This document shows, piece by piece, positions 52,140 through 64,000 of a stretch of DNA of 64,000 nucleotides. Both the position numbers and the translations under genes were made by a program. The notes beneath the pieces were generated by a model. That model had not been told where the DNA came from. It did not search any database and worked only from the letters and a program-made list of their open reading frames with translations. This DNA comes from Azolla caroliniana (taxonomy: Eukaryota; Plantae; Polypodiophyta), in NCBI GenBank assembly GCA_043228905.1, contig JBHGNT010000001.1, positions 2,356,001 to 2,420,000 of the forward strand, in the 5' to 3' direction. The stretch's first letter is position 1. Every line of letters begins with the position of its first letter.

Positions 52140-55100
52140 TCAGGAATCATCTTTTTTGGTTTGCGAAATTTTCTTTGTTGATTCTTTTAGCTCGCTTGAT
52201 GTATCTTTGATGTCTTTTGCAGCTTCAGCAAGCTCTTCCTTTATGGACGCCCTTGTATCCTCAAGCTATAACATGAGAATTATTTCAATGAGCCCATATA
52301 ATTGTAACACACAACTTTAAACTTGGCTTTGAACATAATAAAAGAAAGTGAAACTCTTATTTCCTGCTATTAGCTCCTTCGTAAAACTCACACACTTGTT
52401 GCATAAGAGGGAGAACTTCATGCTCATAGCATGAATGATTAAAAAAATAAAGAAAATGTGTGCAATAGCTTGTCTATCCTATCAAAACCAAATAATCCTA
52501 GGTTTCTAGGGTCCTAACAACCACATGTTCTACATATAAAATCAGCACATATAAGAATGTTGCTTTGAAGCAAGAAGAACAACTCCAATGGAAACAAATA
52601 AAAACTATATTGAATGGACTAACCCACAACTTTATGCAAATGTTCCCAATTCTGATTCTGAGGAATTTGCATAAATGGAATTCTCCTGAATTCTTGGAAT
52701 ATGGCACATTTGATCGAAGGTGCATACAAATAAGAGTCTCTAAGAAACTTGAAAATAATCTGGAAAATAAATAAATGAGCGCTAAATGCAGGGTGGAGTT
52801 GTATGCATGTGGGCAGGGGAGTGAGAGAAAAAATACTCATTCCTAGAAATAAATATGGCATTGTTTTTGGTATATATATTTCTAGGGTTAGCGCTTACTT
52901 CATCCACTGATTCGTACTCATATTACTCCCTTAGGAACACAAGATCTAAAGCTTTGGTTGATACCTTTACCATAATTGTGCTTGGACAATCTTTGTTAAT
53001 GATAATTTAAATTTATGTTTCCTCCATTGTGTGTTCTATGTCATATAACGTGGAGTAAGAGAGGAAGGGCAGATTGGATAATTTATCACATCCATCTGTA
53101 CGTCAAGCTATTGAATCGAAATGTCAGAGGGACCTCAATGGTGCACAAAGAGAACCCAGGGAAAGGCTGTAACAACAATGATGGTAGAAATCAAAGAAAA
53201 CCAGAGTATATGATAGGGGTTTTCATGGTTACAGAGTGGGAAAGGCTGTAACAACAATGATGGTAGAAATCAAAGAAAACCAGAGTATATGATAGGGGTT
53301 TTCATGGTTACAGAGTGGAAGTAGGGTTTGCTGAATTCATAGACGTGATGCCAAATGATACAAAGGAACGTGAAGACAAGAAAGATGAGAGGAAATTTGA
53401 AGAGAAGAGGGAAGAAGCCAAGAGAAAGGCCAAGAAAGGAGTGGATCAAAAACTGGAATTGGAACTTGAATGAGATGGAAATAGGATCGGGATTGAATTA
53501 AATGTGAATGAGGAAACAGATCACACGGGTTGGATTGGATGGAAAATATTTCAAAATTCGTGGATACGTACGTGTTGATATGATCATATCATTGTCTCTC
53601 CTACAAATTGGCCTGCGGTAGACACACAAAAACAGAGGCAAACGGAACAACCGAAAGAAGGCTCGCAAAAGTGGATGCAGGTGGAACATTGGCACTTCAC
53701 TATTATGATTGAATGATAAGCAATTACTTGAAAATTAAACCAAGAGAAATGGATTAAGAAAAATTGTTGGGGGCATTTAAGAAAGAAAAATATTAGGAGG
53801 GGTATTTTGGGAGTTTTTCTTCCCTAAGATTTATACTTAAATTTGTTGCTTTTATGTCTATCTAGAGGTTTGCCTAATTCAAAATGATCAGACCATAAAT
53901 GTTCTACTATATTGAAAGTTTTTCCTTTTACCTTGTCAATAAGAGCTTCTACTTTGTTTGCATCATCCTCAACAATGCGGGCAACGTCATCTATCTTATC
54001 TGTCAGATCATCAATCTTTTGTGCAGTTGCCTTGATGAATTTCACCTTTTTTCCTACATCATCTGCACAACCACAAACCCCAACACAATAAAAGCATGAT
54101 GTTTAAGATACAATTTGACACCGAGCCTTATCCCTACCTATCTCACTACAACCAATAGTAACTACTTATGAATTGTTATAAAAGTCATGATGTGCATCGT
54201 TATTGAGAAAAGAGATACATACAGCGTTATTGATTATAAATTTAAAAAAAGTGAGAAATGCTGTCGTTGCCTATAAACTCCAAACATAAATGTGAAGAAC
54301 ATTGAAAATTTGAAGGTAAAACATGTCATGCAGCATGCCTTTCCTTGGTAAAATTAAAACTTTTAGGTATAATACATTGATGACAAACAGTAAAATATTC
54401 TTTTTGATTAGAGAAACTCTCACCTTCAAGCAATTTTAGTACCCCTTTACTTTCACTCTTCTGCAAGAAATACAAGGAGAATGAGATTCAAATATTGGCA
54501 TTTGTGCTTTAACTAGTGAATAAGTTACTGGGAAATTTTGGAGGCACATAGTTTCCCATGTGACCAGTCCTCTTAGAATTTATCAAGACAAAAATATTCC
54601 TTTCATATATCACATTCTTTACCTTCAACCATTACAATTATGCATGTGTGGATCGTACACTTATCATGGTAAATATCACTTTTATGTTTAAGGCTATTCC
54701 CTAACTTGTTATTGACCAATGGTTATGAATACAAAATGTTCGATATTCAATGTTTGATGGATGCCTATTATAAGGATTGATTATTTGGATATAGAGCCTT
54801 TCTAAATCTAGTGATAACAAATAAGCCACTATACAATGAAATATGAAAGTAATTAGGATCCTTTTAGTTAACTGTTTTAAGTTCAATTAATATATATATT
54901 AATAAGATTGTACCAGTAAAAATGTTCATATTTTTCTTACGTTTTCAAGATATTCTTCTATCTTCTCAGCTCCATCTTCCACGAGCTCAACTACTCGGTC
55001 TATTTCATCAGTCATTTTATCAACTGTAACTGCAACTTTCTTGGCAACCTCCGCGGCTTTCTCTATATCATCTGCAAACCATTCCAATGAGATAAACAAG

Positions 55101-57152
55101 ATGATATTTTGGAGATAGATCATAACTATAATAATATTATGAAAATATTCAATATGCATGAGAGAGAGCCTGCATGTGTGTAATCCACTTCGTTATGAGT
55201 GATGCATATGAACCCGGTAAAATGTGTGAATCCTATAATGGCTACAATGGAAGGGTCCCATCCAGGAAGGGGTTAAAAGACTTGTTTAATATATTGGTTT
55301 GGCAAATGCATGGAATCGCATTCGGCACCTCTACCATGTTGAGCAAGTGAAATGGCATCCATTTTGTTTCTTCCTCTATAATGATCTTGTTACACAAACT
55401 GTTCACAGACGGAGGTTCCCTACTCTTCAGTAGAGAAGTTATATATTGATCCCTAAGCTCCCATCCTTGCACCACATTAGGAATATAATCCTTAATGAAA
55501 CTTCGTAATCTTAGATTCCATTAAAAATTTAATCAACTGTAAAAATGACTTCACGTCCACGCTGCTTTATGGAATGATTTCAGTTGACTGTGGTGTGCCA
55601 TATTTCTTAGACCCAAAAGATAAGAATGTAGCAGCTCCATATGACTAAATAAATCTTAGTGGACTTCAAAAGCTCCAAACATCTATTATATTTCATACAA
55701 ATCTAAATGTGGAGAGAATGACAAAGAAAAAAGTTAACAATGTGCAAACGAGATGATCGCCCTTAACTCAGGAAAAATCTAGAGGCAAGATTTTGATTTT
55801 TAAATCTCATTTATAATCTAGCCTCAATGCATAAAGTTTTGTCTGAAGAGCATCAAAGTAGCTATATTCCTTTAACCATGTGTAGAGCTAGCTTTTATAC
55901 TTCAATCTCTGTTTGCGGGTAACACTGTCTGTATGTTCTTGATATATATTAAAGATGTGCATGCATTATAGGGTTCCGTATACACTTCTCAGATTGAGCC
56001 TCTTCATGACACCACACTTAATTTTCCAAGCAAAGTATGTTAGAAATATGTAAATCTGAATATTTAAACGAGAAAGTTATAAAAGGTTAAGGTGCTAACT
56101 CCCACCTTCAACCTCTTTAATTGTGTTCTCGTTGCCTGTGATTAAACCCCATAAGGTCCCAGGGATCTTAGCTAAGAAACCTCCAAAATTGAACCATCTG
56201 CAATATCCATTATTTGTTGTAATTATTGCAAAAAGGACATTATGATATTGCGACATTATTTGATGCAGTAATATGATAACAAAAAACTTCAATTTGTTGC
56301 AACATGTCACTAAAAATAAGCTTCCTTGGTGCGACATTATCACAAAAAAATCCTTATTGGCGTCAACAGTATCACGAAATTAGTATATGTTGCGCAACCA
56401 TCCATAAAAATATATAGAATTAATGCAGTATCCATAGGTGGGAAATATGATTAAAGGAAAAAAAAACTCCAAATACCCCTGAGATTCTCTTTCTCCCCAA
56501 TTGCCCCTGAATTTTTCTTTCTTATTTCCGAAATGGCCCAAGGTAGAAGTGCAAAATAGAGAAGAAGATGATGATGAACCAAGGTTCAGAAAGTTTTACT
56601 CACGTGGGAGCGAAAGCAACAGTGAAGTGTGCATCGATGTCCACCTCCTCTTCAAGGCTCCAGCTGAATCCATCAGAAGAAGGTTAAATCTCTCGTGTGA
56701 ATTAAGCAAAGCATAGTCTAGCTCATTTTGTGAAGGAATGACTTAAGGACATGTATTTAGGTGCTTCGGATTCCACATGGATGAATTATTGATAGATCTG
56801 GATGTGGACTTCCATTTAATCAGGCTGAAGTTAAGGATAAGCTAGAAAAGTAAAACACGCGGAGGAAAGGAAAGATCGGAGGGGGTTTTTTCTTGACGAT
56901 TATGGGATAATGATGCATACAAACATGATAAATTTACCAGAAATCAGTGGTTACAGTGGGGTGGAGTTCGGATGATTTGTTGTGGAGGGCGTGAGGGATT
57001 GAAGCCTGGCGGATGCCAATGTTAGCGGAGGTGAATAATGAAGGAGGATGAGGATGAGGAGATTTGGATTGAATCGACTGAAGCTGAGACACTCCTCCTC
57101 CTACATTGCTGGTGGAACAAGACAGGGGGGAGAAATGTAGTGGAGCGGCCAT
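52140..57152 (-). CDS. Uncharacterised, probably plastid-targeted acidic helical-repeat protein (~263 aa, 7 exons)
   Basis: Exons (minus strand) 57152-56938, 56663-56604, 56197-56106, 55071-54941, 54460-54424, 54062-53932, 52265-52140. All GT-AG and phase-consistent to a TGA. Ser/Pro-rich transit-like N-terminus, a WFNFGGFLAKIPGTLWGLITG segment, then two 44-aa helical repeats and a charged helical tail. Confidence 0.78.
53159..53318. repeat. Perfect 79-bp tandem duplication in an intron
   Basis: GAAAGGCTGTAACAACAATG...GTTACAGAGTGG starts at 53161 and again at 53240. Confidence 0.92.
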
Positions 57153-57158
57153 CCTCTG

Positions 57159-57196
<38 letters not shown>

Positions 57197-57604
57197 GTCT
57201 GTCTTTCTCTCTCCCTCTCTCTTGTGTGCGATATTTTGTGAAGTAAGAGACCTTACTAACCACGAAATGTCTATTCAATAGTGAGGAAGCAAGATCTATC
57301 TATCATATACATACATACATATATCCATCTCTCTCTCTCTCTCTCTCTCTCAATCGTCGATTGCACGAATCGTCGCTGTGCAGAGAGAGACAGAGAGCCC
57401 CAATTTCATCACATTTTGATATTCCCCAATGGGGGGCTCTCTGTCTCTCTCACGTACACACGCCTTTCTCGTGTCTGAGTACATAATTAATTAATATGGA
57501 GGTCACGGAGTCACTTAATCAGTCACTCAGTCAAGCTTTTTAACTTTCTCTCCCCCACCCCCTTCATTTTCTTCATCTAAATTGGGCTCTCTCCTCTCTC
57601 TCTG

Positions 57605-57642
<38 letters not shown>

Positions 57643-57644
57643 AA

Positions 57645-57717
57645 GGGGATGTAGCTCAGATGGTAGAGCGCTCGCTTAGCATGCGAGAGGTACGGGGATC
57701 GATACCCCGCATCTCCA
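57645..57717 (+). tRNA. trnA-AGC: tRNA-Ala (anticodon AGC)
   Basis: GGGGATGTAGCTCAGATGGTAGAGCGCTCGCTTAGCATGCGAGAGGTACGGGGATCGATACCCCGCATCTCCA: intact cloverleaf, G3:U70 pair, T5 terminator at 57720-57724. Confidence 0.98.
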
Positions 57718-59765
57718 TATTTTGTGCTTCAATGTATGAATACCCCTCTTAGGAACGAGACACGTGTCAAGAACATATGTGTACTCTGGTCCCATAGGTC
57801 AAAATTGGCCTCTTTTATGGACGATAAAAATTCTAATTCTACATACATATATATCGGAAATCGACACCATTCTTCTCTGTTTACTTCTTCTTTGATCTCT
57901 CTCTCTCTCCTTGTCTCTTGTGGGTATCTCCTTGTCTCTTGTGGGGTCTCCGATGAGATACATATTGTTGTTTGTGTGGGGTCCTTTCTCTTGTCATGAT
58001 CCCACATGACATTACATTGTATTTTTAGAAATGGCTTTGCCTTATCTTAGAACTAAAATATATACATCTATGCTTTTCCCCTTGTTGGATGCATATTGTA
58101 GATCATGTGATGGAGGAGCCCCTTCTTCCTCTTCGTCTCAATAAAATCTGTCGATACTGTTGACCTTATCCGGATATTGCATGGTTTGTGTTTCACATTC
58201 CTCGATACTTGTTATTGACTTTGTAAATAAATTCTACAATAAGTTGAAGGAGTTAAAAATGATTTCAATGCGGAAGGATCTTCGAACACGGTGGAAGCTG
58301 TGAGACTTTCCTTTCAAAAATCATGGTCATATTCACCCTTGGTGGATTATGTAGATGGCATGCCAGTGTGGTGTTACACCATGCCAAAGTGGTTATTTAC
58401 ACCTTGGCAACCCAACCAAGAATGTACATGGCATTTTTCTGAAAATTTACATATTGCAGGATGATAAACGCATACTAGGGTAATGTGGTTGATTGTCTAT
58501 GATTATATTTCTATTGTACATATTGGAGAGTAAAGACACTCTACCTAACTAATGGGAAGTATCTTTTTATAATAATAATAAAATGCTTTCAACGCAATCT
58601 ACAAACTCGCAACCTCAAATCTTGGCTCTATGCGGAATAGGACACCACAAATTCTAGAGAGATAACACACATGATCATTCTACTTACCAACGGATTAGGC
58701 TAGACTATATGACCTATATTTATGGTGTTTAGCCCACTCCTATTTGACTCAAGTGTGTTGAGATCAATAAACGAGGATGATTGTGAGTCATACAATCCTT
58801 CATATGACCAATTTGGTTTTCTTGCATTTCCCATCAAGCTCAATGAACCAAGTTGATGTAGAAGAAATGTCATCGAAATGTGTCATTGCTTATCTGCATC
58901 ACGTGCCTTCGTAAAGTTTTTCACCATCGAATTATCAATTAAAATATATTGGAACCATGTCACATACTACAATCAACTTCTAAAATCTACTAACAATGCA
59001 CCTAGATGTGCTTTGTGCGAACATAGAACACCAATGAGATTGTTGTAGAGAATCCACGTTGGCTTATTGATGTGGACATTGAATTGAATCCCTTTATGAT
59101 GGTATTTCTTCTCAAGGGAAATGGAAAGCTCAATGTAGATTGTCCATATGTTGAACCACCTATCTAATCAACATTGGTATGACCATGAAGGCCAATCAAC
59201 ATTCCCACTTCATGGAAGATACTACGATCCACAAATCCTTTGACATGCCATGATGCTCCCTTAGTGCAATTTAGGTGCACACCATACAATGTCTACATGA
59301 ATTGGATTAGGAAATGAAACGTGTAACCAATGTTCAGATGGGTTATGGTAAAATAGATCAAGATGCTAATGATCTGCCTACATTATGTGGGGTTGTAGCT
59401 AGATGGTCCAAATTCCACGTGCAACTTCAGTTTTGATGTAGGAGGACTGCAAACACCCGAACTCTTTGACTGGCCGTAATACCATAGAATGAACCAAAAA
59501 TTTAACTACTTTTGCAATTAGTAACCTAATATAGTTTAGTGTTACATGAATTGCTTGAGAGGCAGTCGGCCAAGGGCATCTGGGGAATTAACGACAAACC
59601 CAAGGTTATTTCGGAGATTTTCCTTCACACACATATTCAATAAACTAAATGCATATAGATATGGAAAATAAATAGATTTGGTGATGAAACAGAGGAACTC
59701 ATCCCTTAGGGTGTGGCCCATGAGTTAAAATCATTTATTGTATAAGTATTTGTTTGTGATATGGA

Positions 59766-61593
59766 ATGGCTTTTGGTTCCCCAAATTTGATGAGAGAAGA
59801 TCGACATGACCTGGAAGAGAAGATGAGATTGAAACGCAGAAAGTGTGAATACAGCTCAACATTTCTCATCAAAATATCTCTGCCCATCTGCACCTTTTTA
59901 CTCATTTGTTCTGCGTTCATCATCCCATGGCCAATCCATAAAATGGGTTAGTATATATATAATCATTTCTATTCTCACTTCCTTTAATAAAGTGAAAGTG
60001 GGCTAAAAAATTCGATCCTCATATGACAAAACGCATGCAGAAGGTAATCACATGAAAAAAATCCTTGCGAGGAGCACATACATTGATAACTATTAAACTG
60101 AACAAGGAATGCATATGATTTTCAGAATGATTATGTGCCTTCTCAAGAAATGAAATACAGTTGTGTATATGTCTCAAGAAATGAATTTGATTTTCTATAT
60201 TTTATTTTCGGATATGGATGTACATTTTCTAAGAATTGAGGTGGATGCATCTGTTCAAGAAATTGAATGTGATTTTCGACATAATGTTTATGAGATCAAT
60301 GGACGTGGTTTTTAAGCCTTGTCATCCTTATTTATAATACAGTTCTTTGTTACATTCATTATTTGTATAATGCATACAACTTTGTTTCTAGTTTGGATCA
60401 GCAATGGATTATTATAAACGCAATCTTTGTTTCATATGAAAAAAAATCTTTGTTAGGTTATCTTTGTACACTATCTTTCATTTCTCACTTTACCTATTTC
60501 CTACCTTATACTTTGGTTTTACCACTTTCCATTTTTATGACATCAAAGTAATTTGTAGCTCTAGTAACAATCAGCTGATGGATTGTGGATTTTGGATATT
60601 GTTTTTGTTTGTCTCAAACCAATAATGTGGAGTGTACGATGTATATGTATAAGCTGCAAATTCCATTCAGTGGTATGCATAAATTTTATTCCGGAAAGAC
60701 ACTACAATCATTTCCTCTTGAAGATACAAAGTGAAATATCTATTTCTCCTGTTTGAAAAGAGAAAGACATTACAGTTCGAACTCAATGCCATGTAGGACC
60801 ATTAGGATTGTCTTTTCTGGGAAAAGTGGATGACACACAATCGGCATTACACATGGGTGTTGTAATAGTGCAATGGTAGGGCAATTGCATAATGCCTTTG
60901 CCCTGAATTGAAAGGCCTGGATATAATTGATATGCTTGGAAAAGGATTGGAATTAATTGTTACATCTAGGTTGAATACAAAATGTGGGCTGACAGGGTTC
61001 CAACCTGCACGCAAGTCCACCACACGATTTCTACTCATGCCTGATAACAACCCTGATGATAGGAATAATCTCTCATTTGCATGCCATGTTATCATCAGTA
61101 CCATCCATTTATGGATCTAGTAGGTAGTAGAATACGAGGGATCTAGCGAGTGCTTCTGATATAGGTAGGTTTTCTAAGAACATTTTATCACTTTTCATAG
61201 ATGCTAGACTTTGAGGTACATGCCACATATACATATGTGTTTCCAAACAATTTACATAACACATGACACAACAAATGCAGTTCTATGAGATGTCAACACT
61301 TTCTTTGTGCAGAGGTTATATCCTATGCCAGGAGGAGAACTGCTCTTTATGAAATCATGGGAGCAGATCTGGAGAAGAATGGATTAAAGTTTTTAAAAGG
61401 AGGGCCGACTTCACAATCGTTATCTGTATGTTCTTTCATTACAATGCATTGATAGAGCTGTGTGGAGGGAGAATGTAAAACCTGCCACCATTTCTTACAC
61501 TTTGTCGTTTTTATTTAAAGATGGAAATATCTGTTTTTTCAGGTCTCAGATATTTTTCTGATCAAGGATGGAAAATTGCAGCCAATTTTGAAG
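59766..61593 (+). CDS. 5' part (exons 1-3) of an At1g74530-like membrane-anchored uncharacterised protein; continues beyond the window
   Basis: Exons 59766-59946 (hydrophobic FLIKISLPICTFLLICSAFIIPW), 61313-61425 (EVISYARRRTALYEIMGADLEKNGLKFLKGGPTSQSLS) and 61543-61593 (VSDIFLIKDGKLQPILK). Phase-consistent; resembles the recalled plant motif FLK.GETSQSL.LSD.F.LKDG...P.LK. The start codon is uncertain. Confidence 0.72.
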
Positions 61594-61792
61594 GTATACA
61601 AATTTTAGGACTTTGTCAATTTAGTTTTTATACTGCATTTGTAAAAGAGATTTTGAAGGCAACTCTGTAGCATAAGTCTCTATATGTATCAACAGCTTGT
61701 GTTTACTCTACATTTTGTAAAGGAAAATTTTGAATGTGAATTGTAGATTTACCAACTGTGTTTTTCCACTCCTCTAACCGAAGTGTGGAAAA

Positions 61793-63824
61793 ACACACTT
61801 GAGGAATGGAAAAAGGAAACAAGAAGAGACCTTTTGCAAACCATCGATACTTTCAAGTTGACCAACTTTCTTAATAGCAAGATAAAACAACAAGCTTTTT
61901 CCGCATGAAACGAAAAACGTGATCAAGCTATAGAAGATGTCAAGCATTTGCCCCCAAATCAATCAATCGCCAAATTGATACAAAAGGAGGTAAAAAAATT
62001 CTTAGGCAACCAGGCCAACACAAAAAAGCACAATGGCCACAGTGTCCCAAAAGACCAAACCCAAAAACCAACGAACGGGCCAAAAACGGGTGTGGCAACG
62101 AGGGCAAGAAAGCAAAACCGAAATTCACCCCCTCAAATGCACAACCTTCCTCTTTAGAAGGAAACTCGAGTGTCCTGAATCTGGTTCAGGAAAAGCTACG
62201 AAACCGCAAAACACTTGTAGATGGTTCCGTCCACCAAAACGTTGCGGCGAAACGAACCGATAAGACACCGCGTTTGGCTTCCCCTTTTAAATCCCTTTTA
62301 AAAGAACGCGACCAGTTTCAAATGTTGAGGGGGATTTGAAACTGGTCGAGTTCTTTTATGAGGGATAACGAATCCATGAGATGTTGCTTTTGCTGGAGAA
62401 GAATTAGAAAGAGTTTGTGGCGCAACCAGATAGACACATGATCAAAGACGAACCCGTTGTAGGAGCAAATAAACCTACCTACTAACACTAGTTTGTGGAG
62501 TTTAGGTAGGAAGTAGAGTGTACATACTCTATATCTACTACTAGGTTTATCTGTTAGAAATTTGGTCTTCTCATTCCATGTCAAAATGTTCCCAAAGTTC
62601 TTCAAATGTCTTTAAATCGACATTGTAGCTCTTCTAGCAGAACCATATCTATTGGTTGGTAAACATTTGGATTAGATAGTTGTTCGGCCCCATCTTGGAG
62701 GTACCACACTTTGTTGAGTATACATAGGCCTAGATTTTTGTCGGCAAGCATGATGACTACATCTAGGTTCTTCCTCAACTTATTGAGGGCTCGACGTAGG
62801 TGAAGGGGTAATTGGTTTTGTCTGAGGTTCTTATGCTTGTTGATGGCTTCTTGTAGGATGTTGTTTCCAAGAGTGATGATTCTTTCGAGGGGTGGATAGG
62901 TCTCTGGAGGGTTCTAATAAGGGTTTGGAATCCGAAAGAGTGGTGTAGTTTGGATCCTTTGAAGAACCATCATAGCGTTAATTATCGTGCAAAGATGAGG
63001 AAGTCATACTGAAGTGAAAGCGGGTCTAGAAACTTTGGGGGGGGGGGGGGATGTGCTTTAGCCCTAGACCTAAGAGTTGCTTCTCATGGTGTGAAAGAGA
63101 ATAGGAAGAGAGGTTGTGAATCTCCATGTTGGTGATATGACATTCTACTTCTATTGGTGTCTTTCTACCTTTTAAAGAAGTGTGTACTCATTAGGATTTA
63201 AAAAGGCAAGCCAAACAAGGTGTCTTATCGGTTTGTTTTGCCACAATGTTTTAGTGGGCAGAACCATCTGCGGGTGTTTTGCGGTTTTGTAGATTTTCCC
63301 GAACCAGATCTCGAGACACTCGGGTTTCCTTCTAAAGAGGAAGGTTGTGCACTTGAGAGGGTGAATTTCGGTTTTGCTTTCTTGCCCTTGTTACTACGCC
63401 CGTTTTCAGGTTTGTTTCACCTTTTCTAGCTTTTCTTCGAGCTTTCCCTTCTCTTGTCCTGGTTATTGCTAGCTCCTCCTTTATTATTACCCGTGGGGGT
63501 AATAGTTGATGTTTTTCCTTTATTATTATCCTTCGGGGTAATAGGACGTTTTTGTTGTCGTTTGGTCTTTTGGGACACCGTGGCCATTGTGCTTTTTTGT
63601 GTTGGCCTGGTTGCCTAAGTCTTTTTTTACCTCCTTTTGTATCAATTTGGCGATTGATTTATTTGGGGGCAAATACTCGACATCTTCCATAGCTTGATCA
63701 CGTTTTTCGTTTCATGCGGAAAAAGCTTGTTTTATCTTGTTATTAAGAAAGTTGGCCAACTTGAAAGTGTTGATGGTTTGCAAAAAGTCTCTTCTTGTTT
63801 CCTTTTTCCATTCCTCAAGTGTGT
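61793..63824 (-). mobile_element. Penelope-like element (PLE) fragment: decayed upstream ORF plus truncated RT, with an inverted duplicate of its 5' part
   Basis: The minus strand from ATG 63127 reads MEIHNLSSYSLSHHEKQLLGLGLKHIP...LRKNLDVVIMLADKNLGLCILNK...LYFLPKLHK..VGRFICS...HLMDSLSLIKELD. These are PLE N-terminal, DKG-like and RT finger motifs; the ORF is truncated before motif A. Inverted arms 61793-62294 and 63194-63824. Confidence 0.82.
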
Positions 63825-64000
63825 AAGAGAGAATTCTGGAGGTAAATGTCTAGTTTTATCAACATTTTGTATTAATTTACATTTTGTAAGAGGGATTTTT
63901 GAAGGCAACTCTAAAGATTTATCTACATTTTGTGTTTATAGTAGTACATTTTGTAGAAGAGGATTTTATGGTAAATCTCTAGATCTATCATAATTCTGTT
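63825..64000. repeat. Degenerate ~65-bp intronic tandem repeat, also present at ~61600-61756 and interrupted by the PLE
   Basis: The unit ACATTTTGTAAGAG.GATTTTGAAGGCAACTCT..AGATTTATC.ACA...TGTGTTTA recurs in the same orientation on both sides of the PLE. Confidence 0.7.

Noticed and set aside
61793-63824. DIRS element or TIR DNA transposon interpretation; hammerhead ribozyme in the repeats
   Set aside because: The RT motifs are PLE-type, the arms are coding sequence rather than terminal repeats, and I saw no CTGANGA...GAAA core by eye on either strand.

Overview
AT-rich, intron-containing nuclear DNA from a land plant; the gene and retroelement content suggests a seed-free plant such as a fern or lycophyte, but that is inference. 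I reconstructed six protein genes by hand from GT-AG sites and frame continuity: COG6 (+, 11 exons, ~711 aa), a class II LBD transcription factor (+, 2 exons, ~364 aa), a pTAC18-like plastid cupin (+, single coding exon, 149 aa), a myotubularin phosphoinositide 3-phosphatase (-, 19 exons, ~858 aa), an uncharacterised organelle-targeted helical-repeat protein (-, 7 exons, ~263 aa), and the first three exons of an At1g74530-like membrane protein (+, runs off the window). There is one intact tRNA-Ala(AGC) gene. Accessory DNA includes L1/Tx1-type and RTEX/RTE-group LINEs, a hAT MITE with an 8-bp TSD, a decayed tandem array of tRNA-Ile(UAU)-derived units, and a Penelope-like element. The most unusual signals are: (i) two unrelated LINE families with complementary microsatellite tails, (GA)n and (TC)n, found joined twice, once head-to-head and once tail-to-tail; (ii) an intronic two-ORF Penelope-like fragment folded into a ~500-bp inverted repeat with hairpin junctions; (iii) the tRNA-Ile-derived array; (iv) the orphan-like protein built from a duplicated 131-nt exon. 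All homologies are from recalled motifs, with no database search. There are no CRISPR or prokaryotic features.
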